From NCBI GenBank assembly GCA_045646865.1, contig JAZRLM010000004.1, positions 695 through 64,694 on the forward strand: a stretch of 64,000 bases of DNA, read 5' to 3'. This DNA is from Clostridia bacterium. GTDB lineage: Bacteria; Bacillota; Clostridia; Monoglobales; Monoglobaceae. The notes below the pieces were generated by a model. The model had not been told where the DNA came from and did not search any database. It saw only the letters and a list, made by a program, of their open reading frames with translations. The translations under genes were made by a program, and so were the position numbers. This document shows, one piece after another, positions 1 through 10,480 of the stretch (position 1 is the stretch's first letter; each line of letters begins with the position of its first letter).

Positions 1-1461
1 CTTGTTCCGGGTTATTCCTCGGCAGAATGTATGACAAGCAACGTTAGTCTTAAAACACCACTTGTTAAATTTAAAAAGGGCGAAGAACCTGCAATCACTA
101 TGAACATTCCTATGGTTTCTGCAATTATGCAGTCTGTTTCAGGTGAAAAGCTGGCAATTGCTCTTGCAAAAGAGGGTGGTGTTTCATTTATATACGGCTC
201 ACAGACGATTGAAGACGAAGCTGCAATGGTAAGAAGAGTTAAAAATCACAAAGCAGGTTTTGTTGCAAGTGATTCAAACATCAGACCCGACCAGACCCTT
301 GCTGAACTTCTTGAACTTCGCAACAAGACAGGTCATAATACTGTTGCAGTTACCGAAGACGGCACAGCAGAAGGGGTTCTTCTTGGTATTGTTACACCTC
401 GTGACTACCGTGTAAGCCGTATGGATCCTTCAACTCAGGTTAAGGAATTTATGACACCCTTTGAAAAACTTATCTGGGCACCCGAGGGCACTACCCTTAA
501 AGATGCAAATGATATTATCTGGGAACACAAGATTAATTCACTTCCCATTATTGACGAAAATCGTCGCCTTGTTGCTTTTGTTTTCAGAAAGGACTATGAA
601 GCGCATAAGGAAAACCCCACCGAGCTTCTTGATTCATCAAAGAGATATGTGGTTGGCGCAGGTATTAACACACGTGACTATGAACAGCGTGTTCCTGCTC
701 TTGTAGAGGCGGGCGCAGATGTTTTGTGTATTGACTCATCAGAAGGTTTTTCTGAATGGCAGGCAAGAACACTTAAATTCATCCGTGACAAATACGGCGA
801 CACTGTTAAGGTTGGCGCAGGTAACGTAGTTGACCGTGAAGGCTTTATGTTTCTTGCTGAAGCAGGCGCTGACTTTATTAAGATTGGTATCGGCGGTGGC
901 TCTATCTGTATCACTCGTGAACAGAAGGGTATCGGCCGTGGTCAGGCAACAGCAGTACAGGAAGTTGCTGCAGCAAGAGACGAATATTTTGAAAAGACCG
1001 GTATTTATATACCTATCTGTTCTGACGGTGGTATTGTACACGATTACCACATTACACTTGCCCTTGCAATGGGTTCTGACTTTGTAATGCTGGGCAGATA
1101 CTTTGCGCGTTTTGATGAAAGTCCTTCAAACAAGGTTTCGGTAAACGGCAACTATATGAAGGAATATTGGGGCGAAGGCTCAGCACGTGCAAGAAACTGG
1201 CAGAGATACGATATGGGCGGCGCTCAGAAGCTTTCATTTGAAGAAGGCGTTGACTCGTATGTTCCATATGCAGGCAGTCTGAAAGATAACGTTGCACTTA
1301 CACTTAATAAGGTTAAGTCAACAATGTGTAACTGTGGTGTGCTTTCAATTCCTGAACTCCAGAAGAACGCAAAGATGACACTTGTTTCTGCAACAAGTAT
1401 TATCGAGGGCGGTGCTCACGACGTTGTTCTTAAGGATAAGAATGTAGCACCTGTTAAATAA
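1..1461 (+). CDS. guaB: IMP dehydrogenase family protein, N-terminus cut by window edge
   Basis: Frame 1 is open from nt 1 ([10 protein letters not shown] precedes the listed Met at 31), so the true start lies outside the window. CBS-pair insert and catalytic loop [13 protein letters not shown]. Confidence 0.85.
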   Translation, partial: LVPGYSSAECMTSNVSLKTPLVKFKKGEEPAITMNIPMVSAIMQSVSGEKLAIALAKEGGVSFIYGSQTIEDEAAMVRRVKNHKAGFVASDSNIRPDQTLAELLELRNKTGHNTVAVTEDGTAEGVLLGIVTPRDYRVSRMDPSTQVKEFMTPFEKLIWAPEGTTLKDANDIIWEHKINSLPIIDENRRLVAFVFRKDYEAHKENPTELLDSSKRYVVGAGINTRDYEQRVPALVEAGADVLCIDSSEGFSEWQARTLKFIRDKYGDTVKVGAGNVVDREGFMFLAEAGADFIKIGIGGGSICITREQKGIGRGQATAVQEVAAARDEYFEKTGIYIPICSDGGIVHDYHITLALAMGSDFVMLGRYFARFDESPSNKVSVNGNYMKEYWGEGSARARNWQRYDMGGAQKLSFEEGVDSYVPYAGSLKDNVALTLNKVKSTMCNCGVLSIPELQKNAKMTLVSATSIIEGGAHDVVLKDKNVAPVK

Positions 1462-1464
1462 GTT

Positions 1465-1878
1465 GTGGCTAAAAAGACGATTACCAGGATTGATGGTGCA
1501 AGATTTCTATCACCGGGCGGCGGTTTGATTTTTTGTAAAAACTGCGGAAAGATTGTTGGCAGCGTAAACAAATCCGGTTATAAGTATTTATATCTTTGGT
1601 TTGAATGTACCTGCGGTTATACAGGCGAAATCGAAATCATTCGCGAAGGTCATTTTAATGATTACAAAAAATTGATTAACAAAGCACCCAACACAAAACT
1701 TGGAGTATTTATCTGCAACAAATGTGATACTCCTTTGATTTCGATGATAGACGAAAGAGTAGAAAGCTATACATTCTATACGGAATGTATCTGTGGTGAA
1801 AAGTTTGACACCAAGCCGAATTTTGATAAACGTCTTGGCGAAACGTTAAAAGCTTTTAAAAAAATGAAAAAAGAGTAG
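1465..1878 (+). CDS. Small Cys-rich protein with two zinc-ribbon-like units, function unknown
   Basis: 137-aa ORF with a GTG start 4 nt after the guaB stop. Internal duplication of CxxC...CxCG (CKNCGK/CTCG and CNKCDT/CICG). Followed by a strong terminator. Confidence 0.6.
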   Translation: MAKKTITRIDGARFLSPGGGLIFCKNCGKIVGSVNKSGYKYLYLWFECTCGYTGEIEIIREGHFNDYKKLINKAPNTKLGVFICNKCDTPLISMIDERVESYTFYTECICGEKFDTKPNFDKRLGETLKAFKKMKKE

Positions 1879-1880
1879 CA

Positions 1881-1915
1881 AAAAGGAACGGAATTATTAT
1901 TCCGTTCCTTTTTTG
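1881..1915. terminator. Bidirectional rho-independent terminator
   Basis: aaaaGGAACGGAATtattATTCCGTTCCtttttt lies between convergent genes, with an A-run and a T-run on either side. Confidence 0.8.
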
Positions 1916-1923
1916 TATCCAAG

Positions 1924-2496
1924 TTATTCTATATCAATAAGTATTTCGTTAAGTGAACGTTTTGGTACGTTAAGTGTATTTTCTTCGTCAAGGAAGTATT
2001 TTATGTTGCTGCCTTCCATTTCGCAAGCGCGGCTTTTTTGTGCCGGATACCCAAGCGCAAGTACATATACAACAGCATAGTCTTCCTCGTTAAGGTTGAG
2101 AATTTTAGCAACCTCAGGCTTATTGAATGAGCCAATCCAGCAGCTTGCAATGCCCTTTTCAAATGCACCAAGCATCATTGATGTGATGGCAGAGCCTGAT
2201 TCAATTTCAAAGGTTTTGTTTATTTTCCTGTCACCTATTATTGCAATAAATGCGGTTGGACGTTCGTTTTCCTTGGGAGTTCCGTCGGCAAGATAGCCTG
2301 CCCAGCGGGTATGTGCAAAAACGGCATCCACAAGTGACTTTTGGTCAATAATTGCAAATTTAAGTGACTGATTATTGCCGGGGTATGCGGCAAGCCGTGC
2401 ATATTCAATAAGGTCAACAAGGTCCTGCTTTGGGATAGGCTGTTGGGTAAACTTTCTTATTGTTCGCCTTTCGAGTAATGCAGTTTTTACATCCAT
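1924..2496 (-). CDS. Nitroreductase family protein
   Basis: 190 aa with the N-terminal RRTIRKF motif typical of the FMN nitroreductase fold. Confidence 0.75.
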   Translation of the reverse strand: MDVKTALLERRTIRKFTQQPIPKQDLVDLIEYARLAAYPGNNQSLKFAIIDQKSLVDAVFAHTRWAGYLADGTPKENERPTAFIAIIGDRKINKTFEIESGSAITSMMLGAFEKGIASCWIGSFNKPEVAKILNLNEEDYAVVYVLALGYPAQKSRACEMEGSNIKYFLDEENTLNVPKRSLNEILIDIE

Positions 2497-2522
2497 TAAA
2501 ATCTATCCTTTCCATAATACTA

Positions 2523-3365
2523 TCAGGCGGTTATATTTTCGCTTTTTTCTACGGCGTAATAGTAATAGAGGTATTGCTGTGCAACACCGCCAAAGTTTCC
2601 AAAGGTCTTTTCGACAAATTCAGGGATGTCTTTTTCTTCAACGCCGTACAGGTTGTTGAGAATCCTTTTAATCCACACATCCTGAGGGAAGGTTTTGTAT
2701 CTGCCCAAAGCAAACAGCAGAACACAGTCAGCAACCTTGCTGCCAACACCTTTAATTTTCATAAGTGTTTTCTTTGCCTCGTCGGTGCCCATTTTTGCAA
2801 GTTCCTCAAGGTTTATTTCACCCGATGCGACCTTTTGTGCGGCATCAATAATGTATTTATCTCTGAAGCCTGCCCGAATTGGCGCTAAATCTTCGGGCGT
2901 AAGCACCGAAAGAACCTCGGGAGAGGGGAAACCGTAAAATGTTTTACCGTCAAATTCGATTTTTTCGCCGTATGCTTCGCATAAAGCGGAAATGATTTTC
3001 TTTATTCTTGGAATGTTGTTGTTCGCAGAGATGATGAATGAAACTATTGTTTCCCACAAATCCTGACGAAGAATTCGTATTCCGCGGCCCTTTTCGATAC
3101 AGGGGCGAAGCTTTTCGTCCTGCCAGAGCTTTTCTTCAATAAAGTTATAGTCATTTGAAAAGTTCAGGTAGTGGCTCCAGTAAACAAGGTCGGGATTTGA
3201 ACTTTCAACATAAATTGTATTTGGGTCATAATAATACATTTTAACTGCGTGGTTGGCAACAACTCCGTAAAATGTGCCGTCTGAATACTTTTCCCAACGA
3301 AAACACTGCCCGCAGAGAAAGGTTTCATCAAGGCTGAAATGGTCAATGTTATATAGTCGTATCAT
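2523..3365 (-). CDS. ogg: 8-oxoguanine DNA glycosylase / HhH-GPD base-excision glycosylase
   Basis: OGG_N-like FSLDETFLCGQCFRW and HhH-GPD motif GVGSKVADCVLLF. I prefer the Met at 3365 (MIRLYN), 8 nt after the rex stop; the track start at 3419 would overlap rex. Confidence 0.75.
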   Translation of the reverse strand: MIRLYNIDHFSLDETFLCGQCFRWEKYSDGTFYGVVANHAVKMYYYDPNTIYVESSNPDLVYWSHYLNFSNDYNFIEEKLWQDEKLRPCIEKGRGIRILRQDLWETIVSFIISANNNIPRIKKIISALCEAYGEKIEFDGKTFYGFPSPEVLSVLTPEDLAPIRAGFRDKYIIDAAQKVASGEINLEELAKMGTDEAKKTLMKIKGVGSKVADCVLLFALGRYKTFPQDVWIKRILNNLYGVEEKDIPEFVEKTFGNFGGVAQQYLYYYYAVEKSENITA

Positions 3366-3373
3366 AATAAAGA

Positions 3374-4021
3374 TTAATCCTCGTTTTCTGCAGAGTTTTT
3401 CTCGGAAATCTTGTAACACAACCTCATCAAGCTGTCACCGAGATGAATGTTTTCAACAACGATATCATCATGTGTTGTAATCTCGGCGTATGAGAAGTTG
3501 AGAAAGGCTTTTATTCCGCAATCAACAAGCTCCTGAGTAACCTTATTTACAACCGCCTTAGGTACGGAAAGTATAGCCATAGTAGGCTTATGTTCTTCAA
3601 CAAAAGCCTTCATTGTGGAAGAATCCATAACCTTAATATTGCGGATTTCCATACCGATTTTTGCAGGGTCGTTATCAAAAATTCCGATAAGCTCAAAACC
3701 GCGCTTTTCAAAATTGGTGTTGCGTGTCAGTGCGTGACCGATGTTACCGGCACCTACCAAAATCGCCTTGTATTTTGAATTAAGACCAAGAATGGTTGCA
3801 ATCTCACCATAAAGATACTCAACATTATAGCCGTAGCCTTGCTGACCGAAACCGCCAAAACAGTTTAAATCTTGACGAATCTGGGATGCAGTAACACCCA
3901 TTTTCTGACTTAATTCTTTTGAAGATATTCTTTCAACACCCGAATTCAAAAGCTCACCCAGATAACGGTAGTATCGGGGAAGTCGGTTTATAACGGATGA
4001 TGATACCTGTTTTTCCATCAA
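3374..4021 (-). CDS. rex: Redox-sensing transcriptional repressor Rex
   Basis: 215 aa with N-terminal winged helix RLPRYYRYL..SSKELS, FGGFGQQGYGY, and Rossmann motif GAGNIGHAL. Confidence 0.9.
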   Translation of the reverse strand: MMEKQVSSSVINRLPRYYRYLGELLNSGVERISSKELSQKMGVTASQIRQDLNCFGGFGQQGYGYNVEYLYGEIATILGLNSKYKAILVGAGNIGHALTRNTNFEKRGFELIGIFDNDPAKIGMEIRNIKVMDSSTMKAFVEEHKPTMAILSVPKAVVNKVTQELVDCGIKAFLNFSYAEITTHDDIVVENIHLGDSLMRLCYKISEKNSAENED

Positions 4022-4044
4022 ATTTTCCTCCGTAAAAAGAGAGA

Positions 4045-5256
4045 TTAAAGCATTGCTTTAAGATTTTCTCCTACTGCAAGGAGAAAGTCTTCGGTATTAA
4101 CTTTCTTCTTGTTTTCAAGATTGGAAAGAAGATAAAGGTCACCTGTCATAGTACCGTCTTCAATGGTCTTGATTGTAGCTTTTTCAAGTTTGTCGGCAAA
4201 GGCACAAAGGTCTGATAAACCGTCAAGCTCGCCGCGCTTTCTCAGGGCACCTGTCCAGGCAAAGAGTGTTGCAACGCTGTTGGTTGAGGTTTCCTCGCCC
4301 TTTAAATGCTTGTAGTAGTGACGCTGAACTGTACCGTGTGCTGCCTCGTATTCGTATGTTCCGTCAGGAGATACAAGTACAGATGTCATCATAGCAAGGC
4401 TGCCGTAGGCTGTTGCAACCATATCAGACATAACATCGCCGTCATAGTTCTTGCACGCCCAGATATATCCACCCTCTGAACGTACAACACGTGCAACTGC
4501 ATCGTCAATAAGTGTATAGAAGTATTCAATGCCTGCGGCGTCAAATTTTTCTTTGTATTCAGCCTCAAAGACTTCGTTGAATATATCTTTGAATCTATGG
4601 TCGTATTTCTTTGAAATAGTGTCTTTTGTTGCAAACCAGATGTCCTGTTTGGTATCAAGGGCATAGTTAAAGCAGCAACGTGCAAAACTGCTGATTGATT
4701 TATCAATGTTGTGAAGACCCTGAATTATACCGTCGCTGTCGGTGAATTCGTGAATGGTCTGTCTGATTTCCTTGCCGTCTTTATCGGTGCAGACAAGCTC
4801 GCACTTTGAGCCGGCAGGAACCTGCATCTCGGTGTTTTTGTAAACATCACCGTATGCGTGACGGGCTATGGTGATTGGTTTTGTCCATGTGGGAATGTAA
4901 GGGGTGATACCCTTAACAATGATGGGTGCACGGAAAACTGTTCCGTCAAGGATTGCACGGATAGTACCATTGGGTGACTTCCACATTTCCTTAAGGTTGT
5001 ATTCCTTAACACGTTCTGCGTTTGGTGTAATGGTTGCACACTTAACTGCAACACCGTATTTCTTGGTTGCATATGCTGAGTCAAATGTAACCTTGTCGTC
5101 AGTTTCGTTTCTGTATTCAAGTCCAAGGTCATAATACTCTGACTTAAGGTCAACGTAAGGAAGGATAAGGATGTCCTTAATCATCTTCCATATTATTCGG
5201 GTCATTTCGTCCCCGTCCATCTCGACGAGGGGGGTTGTCATTTTAATTTTTTCCAT
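4045..5256 (-). CDS. icd: NADP-dependent isocitrate dehydrogenase (about 400-aa dimeric type)
   Basis: 403 aa. [13 protein letters not shown] and the overall sequence are typical of IDH1/2-like bacterial enzymes. Confidence 0.9.
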   Translation of the reverse strand: MEKIKMTTPLVEMDGDEMTRIIWKMIKDILILPYVDLKSEYYDLGLEYRNETDDKVTFDSAYATKKYGVAVKCATITPNAERVKEYNLKEMWKSPNGTIRAILDGTVFRAPIIVKGITPYIPTWTKPITIARHAYGDVYKNTEMQVPAGSKCELVCTDKDGKEIRQTIHEFTDSDGIIQGLHNIDKSISSFARCCFNYALDTKQDIWFATKDTISKKYDHRFKDIFNEVFEAEYKEKFDAAGIEYFYTLIDDAVARVVRSEGGYIWACKNYDGDVMSDMVATAYGSLAMMTSVLVSPDGTYEYEAAHGTVQRHYYKHLKGEETSTNSVATLFAWTGALRKRGELDGLSDLCAFADKLEKATIKTIEDGTMTGDLYLLSNLENKKKVNTEDFLLAVGENLKAML

Positions 5257-5278
5257 TGTATGTAATCCTTTCTGTGGG

Positions 5279-7213
5279 TTATTTGCTGTTTTCTCTTGTG
5301 TAATTCAGCAGACCGCCTGCTTTAAGCATTTCACGCTGACGGATTGAAAGGTCAAGCTTAACCTTAAAGTCAAAGCCCTTTGTCACATTTGTAATTGTCA
5401 GTTCATCGGCATTGAGAATGGCGGTGTGGAGGTTTGTCATTTTCAGCTCGTCAGTCTGCTCGATTTTGTCATAGTCTGCTTCGTTGACAAATGTAAGAGG
5501 AATAATACCTGCATTTATAAGGTTTGCCATATGAATTCTTGCAAACGACTTAACAATAACTGCCTTAACACCAAGGTAAAGGGGTGCAAGTGCCGCGTGT
5601 TCTCTTGATGAACCCTGACCGTAGTTCGAACCGCCGATAATGATGCTCTTGCCCATCTCAAGTGCTCTGTCGTGGAACTTTTCGTCACATACGGCAAAGC
5701 AGTATTCTGAAATCTTGGGAATATTTGAACGGAGTGGCAGAATCTTTGCACCTGCAGGCATAATGTGGTCTGTTGTAATGTTGTCGCCAACTTTAAGGCT
5801 GCACTTTGCGGTAATTTCGTCAGCCATTGCCTCGGATACGGGGAAGGGCTTGATGTTTGGTCCGCGAAGAACCTCAACGCTGTCCATATCTTCGGCTGCA
5901 ACAGGGGGAACAACCATATTATCGTTGATAGTAAACACTTCAGGAAGCTCGAATTTGGGCATATCACCAAGAGTTCTTGGGTCTGTCAGCACACCTGTAA
6001 GGGCTGATGCTGCCGCAAGTTCAGGGGATACAAGGTAAATCTGGCCGTCTTTTGTACCGCTTCTGCCTTCAAAGTTTCTGTTGAATGTACGAAGTGAGAT
6101 ACCGCCCGAGTTTGGTGACTGTCCCATACCGATACAAGGACCGCAGGCACTCTCTAAAATTCTTGCACCTGCATCAATCATATCTGAAAGTGCTCCGCAA
6201 GCAGCAAGCATATTAAGAACCTGCTTTGAACCGGGAGCGATTGAAAGAGATACATCGGGGTGAACGGTTTTACCCTTAAGAATATATGCAACCTTCAGCA
6301 TATCAAGAAGTGATGAGTTTGTACATGAACCGATACAAACCTGATCAATCTTCATTTCGCCGATTTCTGCAACAGATTTAACGTTGTCAGGTGAATGAGG
6401 ACAAGCAGCTAAAGGTACAAGCTCGCTGAGATTGATTTCAACAACTTCGTCATATACTGCGTCGCTATCTGCGCAAAGGGGAGTGTAGTCTTCTTCTCTT
6501 GCCTGAGCTTTAAGGAATTCTCTTGTGGTTTCGTCAGAGGGGAAGATAGAGGTGGTAGCACCAAGCTCTGCACCCATATTGGTAATTGTTGCACGCTCAG
6601 GAACAGAGAGTGTTTTTACACCTTCGCCTGTGTATTCGATAATTTTGCCAACGCCGCCTTTAACGGTAAGTCTGCGAAGAACCTCTAAAATAACGTCCTT
6701 TGCAGCAACCCAAGGCGACAGCTTTCCTGTAAGCTCAACTTTTACAATTTTTGGACAGGTGATATAATATGTACCGCCGCCCATAGCAACAGCAACGTCC
6801 ATACCGCCGGCACCAATGGCTATCATACCGATACCGCCGCCTGTTGGTGTGTGGCTGTCAGAGCCGATAAGGGTTTTGCCGGGGATACCGAATCTTTCAA
6901 GGTGTACCTGATGGCAGATTCCGTTACCGGGACGTGAAAAATAGATACCGTGCTTTTTGCAGACACTACCGATAAATCTGTGGTCATCGGCATTTTCAAA
7001 GCCACTCTGCAAGGTGTTGTGGTCAATATATGCAACCGATTTTTCGGTTTTAACTCTGGGTACGCCCATAGCCTCAAATTCAAGGTATGCCATTGTTCCG
7101 GTGGCGTCCTGAGTAAGTGTCTGGTCGATTTTAATTCCGATTTCCTGTCCGGCTATCATTTCGCCGCAAACAAGGTGTTCTTTAAGTATCTTTTGTGAAA
7201 GTGTAAGTCCCAT
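5279..7213 (-). CDS. acn: Aconitate hydratase
   Basis: 644 aa with Fe-S ligand motifs IGSCTNSS and CGPCIGMG plus a C-terminal swivel domain. Confidence 0.85.
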   Translation of the reverse strand: MGLTLSQKILKEHLVCGEMIAGQEIGIKIDQTLTQDATGTMAYLEFEAMGVPRVKTEKSVAYIDHNTLQSGFENADDHRFIGSVCKKHGIYFSRPGNGICHQVHLERFGIPGKTLIGSDSHTPTGGGIGMIAIGAGGMDVAVAMGGGTYYITCPKIVKVELTGKLSPWVAAKDVILEVLRRLTVKGGVGKIIEYTGEGVKTLSVPERATITNMGAELGATTSIFPSDETTREFLKAQAREEDYTPLCADSDAVYDEVVEINLSELVPLAACPHSPDNVKSVAEIGEMKIDQVCIGSCTNSSLLDMLKVAYILKGKTVHPDVSLSIAPGSKQVLNMLAACGALSDMIDAGARILESACGPCIGMGQSPNSGGISLRTFNRNFEGRSGTKDGQIYLVSPELAAASALTGVLTDPRTLGDMPKFELPEVFTINDNMVVPPVAAEDMDSVEVLRGPNIKPFPVSEAMADEITAKCSLKVGDNITTDHIMPAGAKILPLRSNIPKISEYCFAVCDEKFHDRALEMGKSIIIGGSNYGQGSSREHAALAPLYLGVKAVIVKSFARIHMANLINAGIIPLTFVNEADYDKIEQTDELKMTNLHTAILNADELTITNVTKGFDFKVKLDLSIRQREMLKAGGLLNYTRENSK

Positions 7214-7250
7214 TTATGAAGTCCTCCTAAATTTACTCATTAACCATAAT

Positions 7251-7279
7251 ATTATATAAAAAAACACGCTTTTTGTCAA
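7251..7279 (-). promoter_or_regulatory. Consensus sigma-A promoter for acn-icd-rex-ogg
   Basis: The minus strand reads TTGACA, a 17-nt spacer, then TATAAT, about 35 nt upstream of the acn RBS GGAGG. Confidence 0.7.
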
Positions 7280-7329
7280 GATTTCATTGTTATATATTAT
7301 TGCGGTTTACAAAGTTGTTACAATTCACA

Positions 7330-7350
7330 TTATCCACAGGATTATCCACA
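7330..7350 (+). promoter_or_regulatory. Two perfect tandem DnaA boxes (TTATCCACA)
   Basis: TTATCCACA occurs at 7330-7338 and 7342-7350. Two one-mismatch boxes lie on the other strand at 7421-7429 (TGTGGAAAA) and 7465-7473 (TATGGATAA). Confidence 0.6.
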
Positions 7351-7488
7351 GCTGAATTGCTGTATCTGTAAGGAAAAAGAAATGTTTCAACACAATCCAA
7401 TAAAAGTTATTGTCAAAATCTGTGGAAAAATCTGCCACTGTCTGATGTAACCAATTGTTTCAAATATGGATAAATTGTAAAAAAACAC

Positions 7489-7517
7489 TTGCACGAAAGG
7501 CTTAATTGTGATAAAAT
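7489..7517 (+). promoter_or_regulatory. Sigma-A promoter for ruvX
   Basis: TTGCAC, a 17-nt spacer, then TAAAAT with a TG extended -10. Confidence 0.55.
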
Positions 7518-7556
7518 ATAGTAGATATATAAAATCAGGATAGCGGAGGCTTTGGA

Positions 7557-7964
7557 ATGATTCTTGGTGTGGATTTCGGTGACAGCAGAACGGGTTATGC
7601 AACGTCGGATGCATTGGGTTTTTCGGCGCATACACTTGAAACCTTTCACGAGCGGAATATGGTCAAGGTTGCAAATCACACGGCAGAGCTTGTAAAGACT
7701 TTAGGTGTTGAAAAGATTGTTGTTGGCTTTCCCAAGAATATGAACGGCACTGTTGGCGACCGCGGCAAAAAAACCAAGGCGTTGGTAAAGCTACTTAAAG
7801 AGCTGGTTGATTGTCCTATTATTTTGTGGGATGAAAGGCTGACCACCGTTTCGGCGCATAATCTTATGAACGAAACAAATGTCCGTGGCAAAAAACGCAA
7901 GGATACGGTTGATCGTATTGCGGCGGCATTTATACTTCAGGGCTATCTTGACAGTCAAAAATAA
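7557..7964 (+). CDS. ruvX: Holliday junction resolvase-like RuvX/YqgF
   Basis: 135 aa with ILGVDFGDSRTGYA at the N-terminus. Confidence 0.9.
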   Translation: MILGVDFGDSRTGYATSDALGFSAHTLETFHERNMVKVANHTAELVKTLGVEKIVVGFPKNMNGTVGDRGKKTKALVKLLKELVDCPIILWDERLTTVSAHNLMNETNVRGKKRKDTVDRIAAAFILQGYLDSQK

Positions 7965-7979
7965 AAAGGAGATTAAAAA

Positions 7980-8297
7980 ATGGCAAACGAAAAATTTGAT
8001 AATATCGAAAATGTTGAAAACGAAGACAATTTCCTTGTTGACCTCTTTGATGATGAGGGCAACAAGCAGACCTTTGAGCACCTTGACACAGTTCAGGTAA
8101 ACGGTGATGACTATGTTATCTGCATTCCCTATAAAGAGGAAGAAGATGACGAGGTTGACGAAGTTATCATCCTTAAGATTGACGGTGTTCAGGATGGCGA
8201 AAGCGTTCTTGTTCCCGAAGAAGATCTGGAGATTCTTGACAAGGCTTATGAACTCTTTAAAGAAAGAAACGCAGAACTTTTTGATTTTGAAGATTAA
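7980..8297 (+). CDS. DUF1292-family acidic protein
   Basis: 105-aa acidic protein. The DDEGN..F..L...V.G..Y pattern and its position just after ruvX are typical of Firmicutes. Confidence 0.7.
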   Translation: MANEKFDNIENVENEDNFLVDLFDDEGNKQTFEHLDTVQVNGDDYVICIPYKEEEDDEVDEVIILKIDGVQDGESVLVPEEDLEILDKAYELFKERNAELFDFED

Positions 8298-8309
8298 TCA
8301 GATAATACA

Positions 8310-8345
8310 CATTATCGGGCAATAGTTTGCCCGATAATGTCGTTT
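8310..8345 (+). terminator. Rho-independent terminator
   Basis: Hairpin CATTATCGGGCAAtagtTTGCCCGATAATG. Confidence 0.7.
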
Positions 8346-8349
8346 AAAG

Positions 8350-10452
8350 GTGGTTTTTGACATAGTACTTATCATTGCAGAAAAACCGAGCCTTGCCCGA
8401 AACATTATGGCAGGTATCGGCAAGCTTAATCGTTATGACGGATATTTTGAGGGTGAAGGCTACATCGTTACCTGGGCATTCGGACACTTGTTTTCCCTGG
8501 CTGATGTGGAGGCTTATGATGCCCAAAGTTCCGAAAATAGGTACTGGTCAATGGATAACCTTCCATGCTTTCCGAATAAGTTTATTTTTGAACTTAAAAA
8601 GGATGCAAACAAAAAGGTTGATGCCGGTGTTGAAAAGCAGTTTGGCATAATTAAAGCTCTGTGCAACAGAGATGATGTTGACACTATAATAAACGCAGGC
8701 GATGCTGACCGTGAGGGTGAAATTATAGTAAGAACCTGCATTGAAAAGGCTCTTGACGGGCAGAAAAGCCTTAAAAGGATATGGTTGCCCGACCAGACAC
8801 CGCAGACCGTCCGTGAGGCGATGAATTCCCTTAAAGATGAAAGCGAATATGACAACCTTGCAAACGAAGGCTATGCAAGAACCTATATGGACTGGCTCTA
8901 CGGTGTAAATCTTACCCGATATGCAACACTCAGGTCGGGAACACTGCTTCGTGTAGGCAGAGTGATTGTGCCCATTGTCAAGGCTATTTATGACAGGGAT
9001 ATGGCGATACGCAACTTTGTCCCTGATATTTATTATGCAATATCAAGCAAGGCTGAAACAAACGGCACCGATGTTGAGCTTACAAGCAAAACAAAGTTCA
9101 CCAAAGAACAGCTTGCAGATGCACAGGCACTTTGTGATAAGTATAATGCCGAGAAGGCGGTTGTTACCGCAAAGAAAAAGAAAAAGGACAAGCTCTCACC
9201 GGGTAAACTTTACTCGCTTACAAAACTGCAGAATGTACTTGGTAAAAAGTATAAAATGTCCATGGCTGAAAGCCTTGAGATTGTTCAGGGACTTTATGAA
9301 AAAGGCTATGTCACATATCCCAGAACTAATTCCGAGTATCTTGCAACAGCCGAGCAGGGTAAGATAAAAACCATTCTTGAATCTGTTAAAAGGCTTGGCT
9401 ATCCCGTTGAGTTCAGATTCAGCAAAACCATATTTGATGACTCAAAGATTGAATCACATTCGGCGCTGACACCTACATATAAAATTCCCGACAAGACCAA
9501 ACTTTCCGAGAATGAAATGAAGGTTTACAGCACAATTATGCGCCGTTTTGTGGCGGTGTTCTGTGCCGAGGAATGTACTGTTGAAAAGACTGAGATTACA
9601 ATTAGCGTGGGCGATTTGGAGGAGTTTGCTCTTAAAGGCACGGTGATTGTTAACCCCGGCTGGACCAAGTATGACGATTATTCAAAAAAGGATAAAATTC
9701 TGCCGCCCCTTGAAAAAGGCGACCAGGTTAATATAAATTTCGTTCCCGTTGAAAAGGAAACAAGCCCGCCTAAGCATTACACCATTGAAACTCTTAACAA
9801 TTACCTTAAAAATCCCTTTAAGGATGAAAAGGCAAATGCATCCGAGCAGGAAGACGAAGAGGCTGAATACCGTGCAATGTTCGAGGGTCTTGAACTTGGA
9901 ACCGAGGCAACCCGAACAGGTATTATAGACAATGCCAGAAAAAGTCAGTATATTCAACTGAAGAAGGACACATACACAATTCTTCCTGCTGGTGAGAATT
10001 TAATTGAGTCTTTATCCCGAATGAATATAATTATGGATAAATTCCGCACTTCGCAGATGGGTGTGGCTTTAAAGGGCGTTTTTAAAGGAACTGAAACTGT
10101 TGACGGTGCAGTTAATTTTGTCAGAGACGAAATCACCAAGGTTTTTGAAGAAAACAAAAAGATGGGCGAAACCTTTGACGGCTTTGTGGGCGATATAGTT
10201 GGCAAATGCCCCGTGTGCGGAGCTGACGTTGCGCGGACTAAGTTCGGCTACGGCTGTCAGGGTTACAAAGAAGGTTGCAAGTTCTCAACAGGAAATGTAA
10301 TCTGCGGCAAAGTGATTTCAATTGACAATATAAAAAAGCTGCTTGAAAGCGGAACAACACCCGAAATCAGGGGTTTTGTTTCAAAGAAAAGCGGAAAAGA
10401 ATTTTCTGCAAGGCTTGCCATTGAACAAGGCAAGGTAGTATTTAAATTTTGA
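8350..10452 (+). CDS. topB: DNA topoisomerase III (type IA)
   Basis: TOPRIM motifs IIAEKPS and GDADREGE, active-site Tyr region GYVTYPRTNS, and C-terminal Cys-rich ribbons (CPVCG..CQGYKEGC). GTG start. Confidence 0.85.
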   Translation: MVFDIVLIIAEKPSLARNIMAGIGKLNRYDGYFEGEGYIVTWAFGHLFSLADVEAYDAQSSENRYWSMDNLPCFPNKFIFELKKDANKKVDAGVEKQFGIIKALCNRDDVDTIINAGDADREGEIIVRTCIEKALDGQKSLKRIWLPDQTPQTVREAMNSLKDESEYDNLANEGYARTYMDWLYGVNLTRYATLRSGTLLRVGRVIVPIVKAIYDRDMAIRNFVPDIYYAISSKAETNGTDVELTSKTKFTKEQLADAQALCDKYNAEKAVVTAKKKKKDKLSPGKLYSLTKLQNVLGKKYKMSMAESLEIVQGLYEKGYVTYPRTNSEYLATAEQGKIKTILESVKRLGYPVEFRFSKTIFDDSKIESHSALTPTYKIPDKTKLSENEMKVYSTIMRRFVAVFCAEECTVEKTEITISVGDLEEFALKGTVIVNPGWTKYDDYSKKDKILPPLEKGDQVNINFVPVEKETSPPKHYTIETLNNYLKNPFKDEKANASEQEDEEAEYRAMFEGLELGTEATRTGIIDNARKSQYIQLKKDTYTILPAGENLIESLSRMNIIMDKFRTSQMGVALKGVFKGTETVDGAVNFVRDEITKVFEENKKMGETFDGFVGDIVGKCPVCGADVARTKFGYGCQGYKEGCKFSTGNVICGKVISIDNIKKLLESGTTPEIRGFVSKKSGKEFSARLAIEQGKVVFKF

Positions 10453-10480
10453 TGTAAGTAACAGGAAAGGAATGACCTGA

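Noticed and set aside
7313-7328. TTGTTACAATTCACA considered as a Rex operator for the acn-icd-rex operon
   Set aside because: The half-sites are 2 nt closer than in the 18-bp Rex consensus (TTGTGAA-N4-TTCACAA). It also lies about 35 bp upstream of the -35 element rather than over the promoter.
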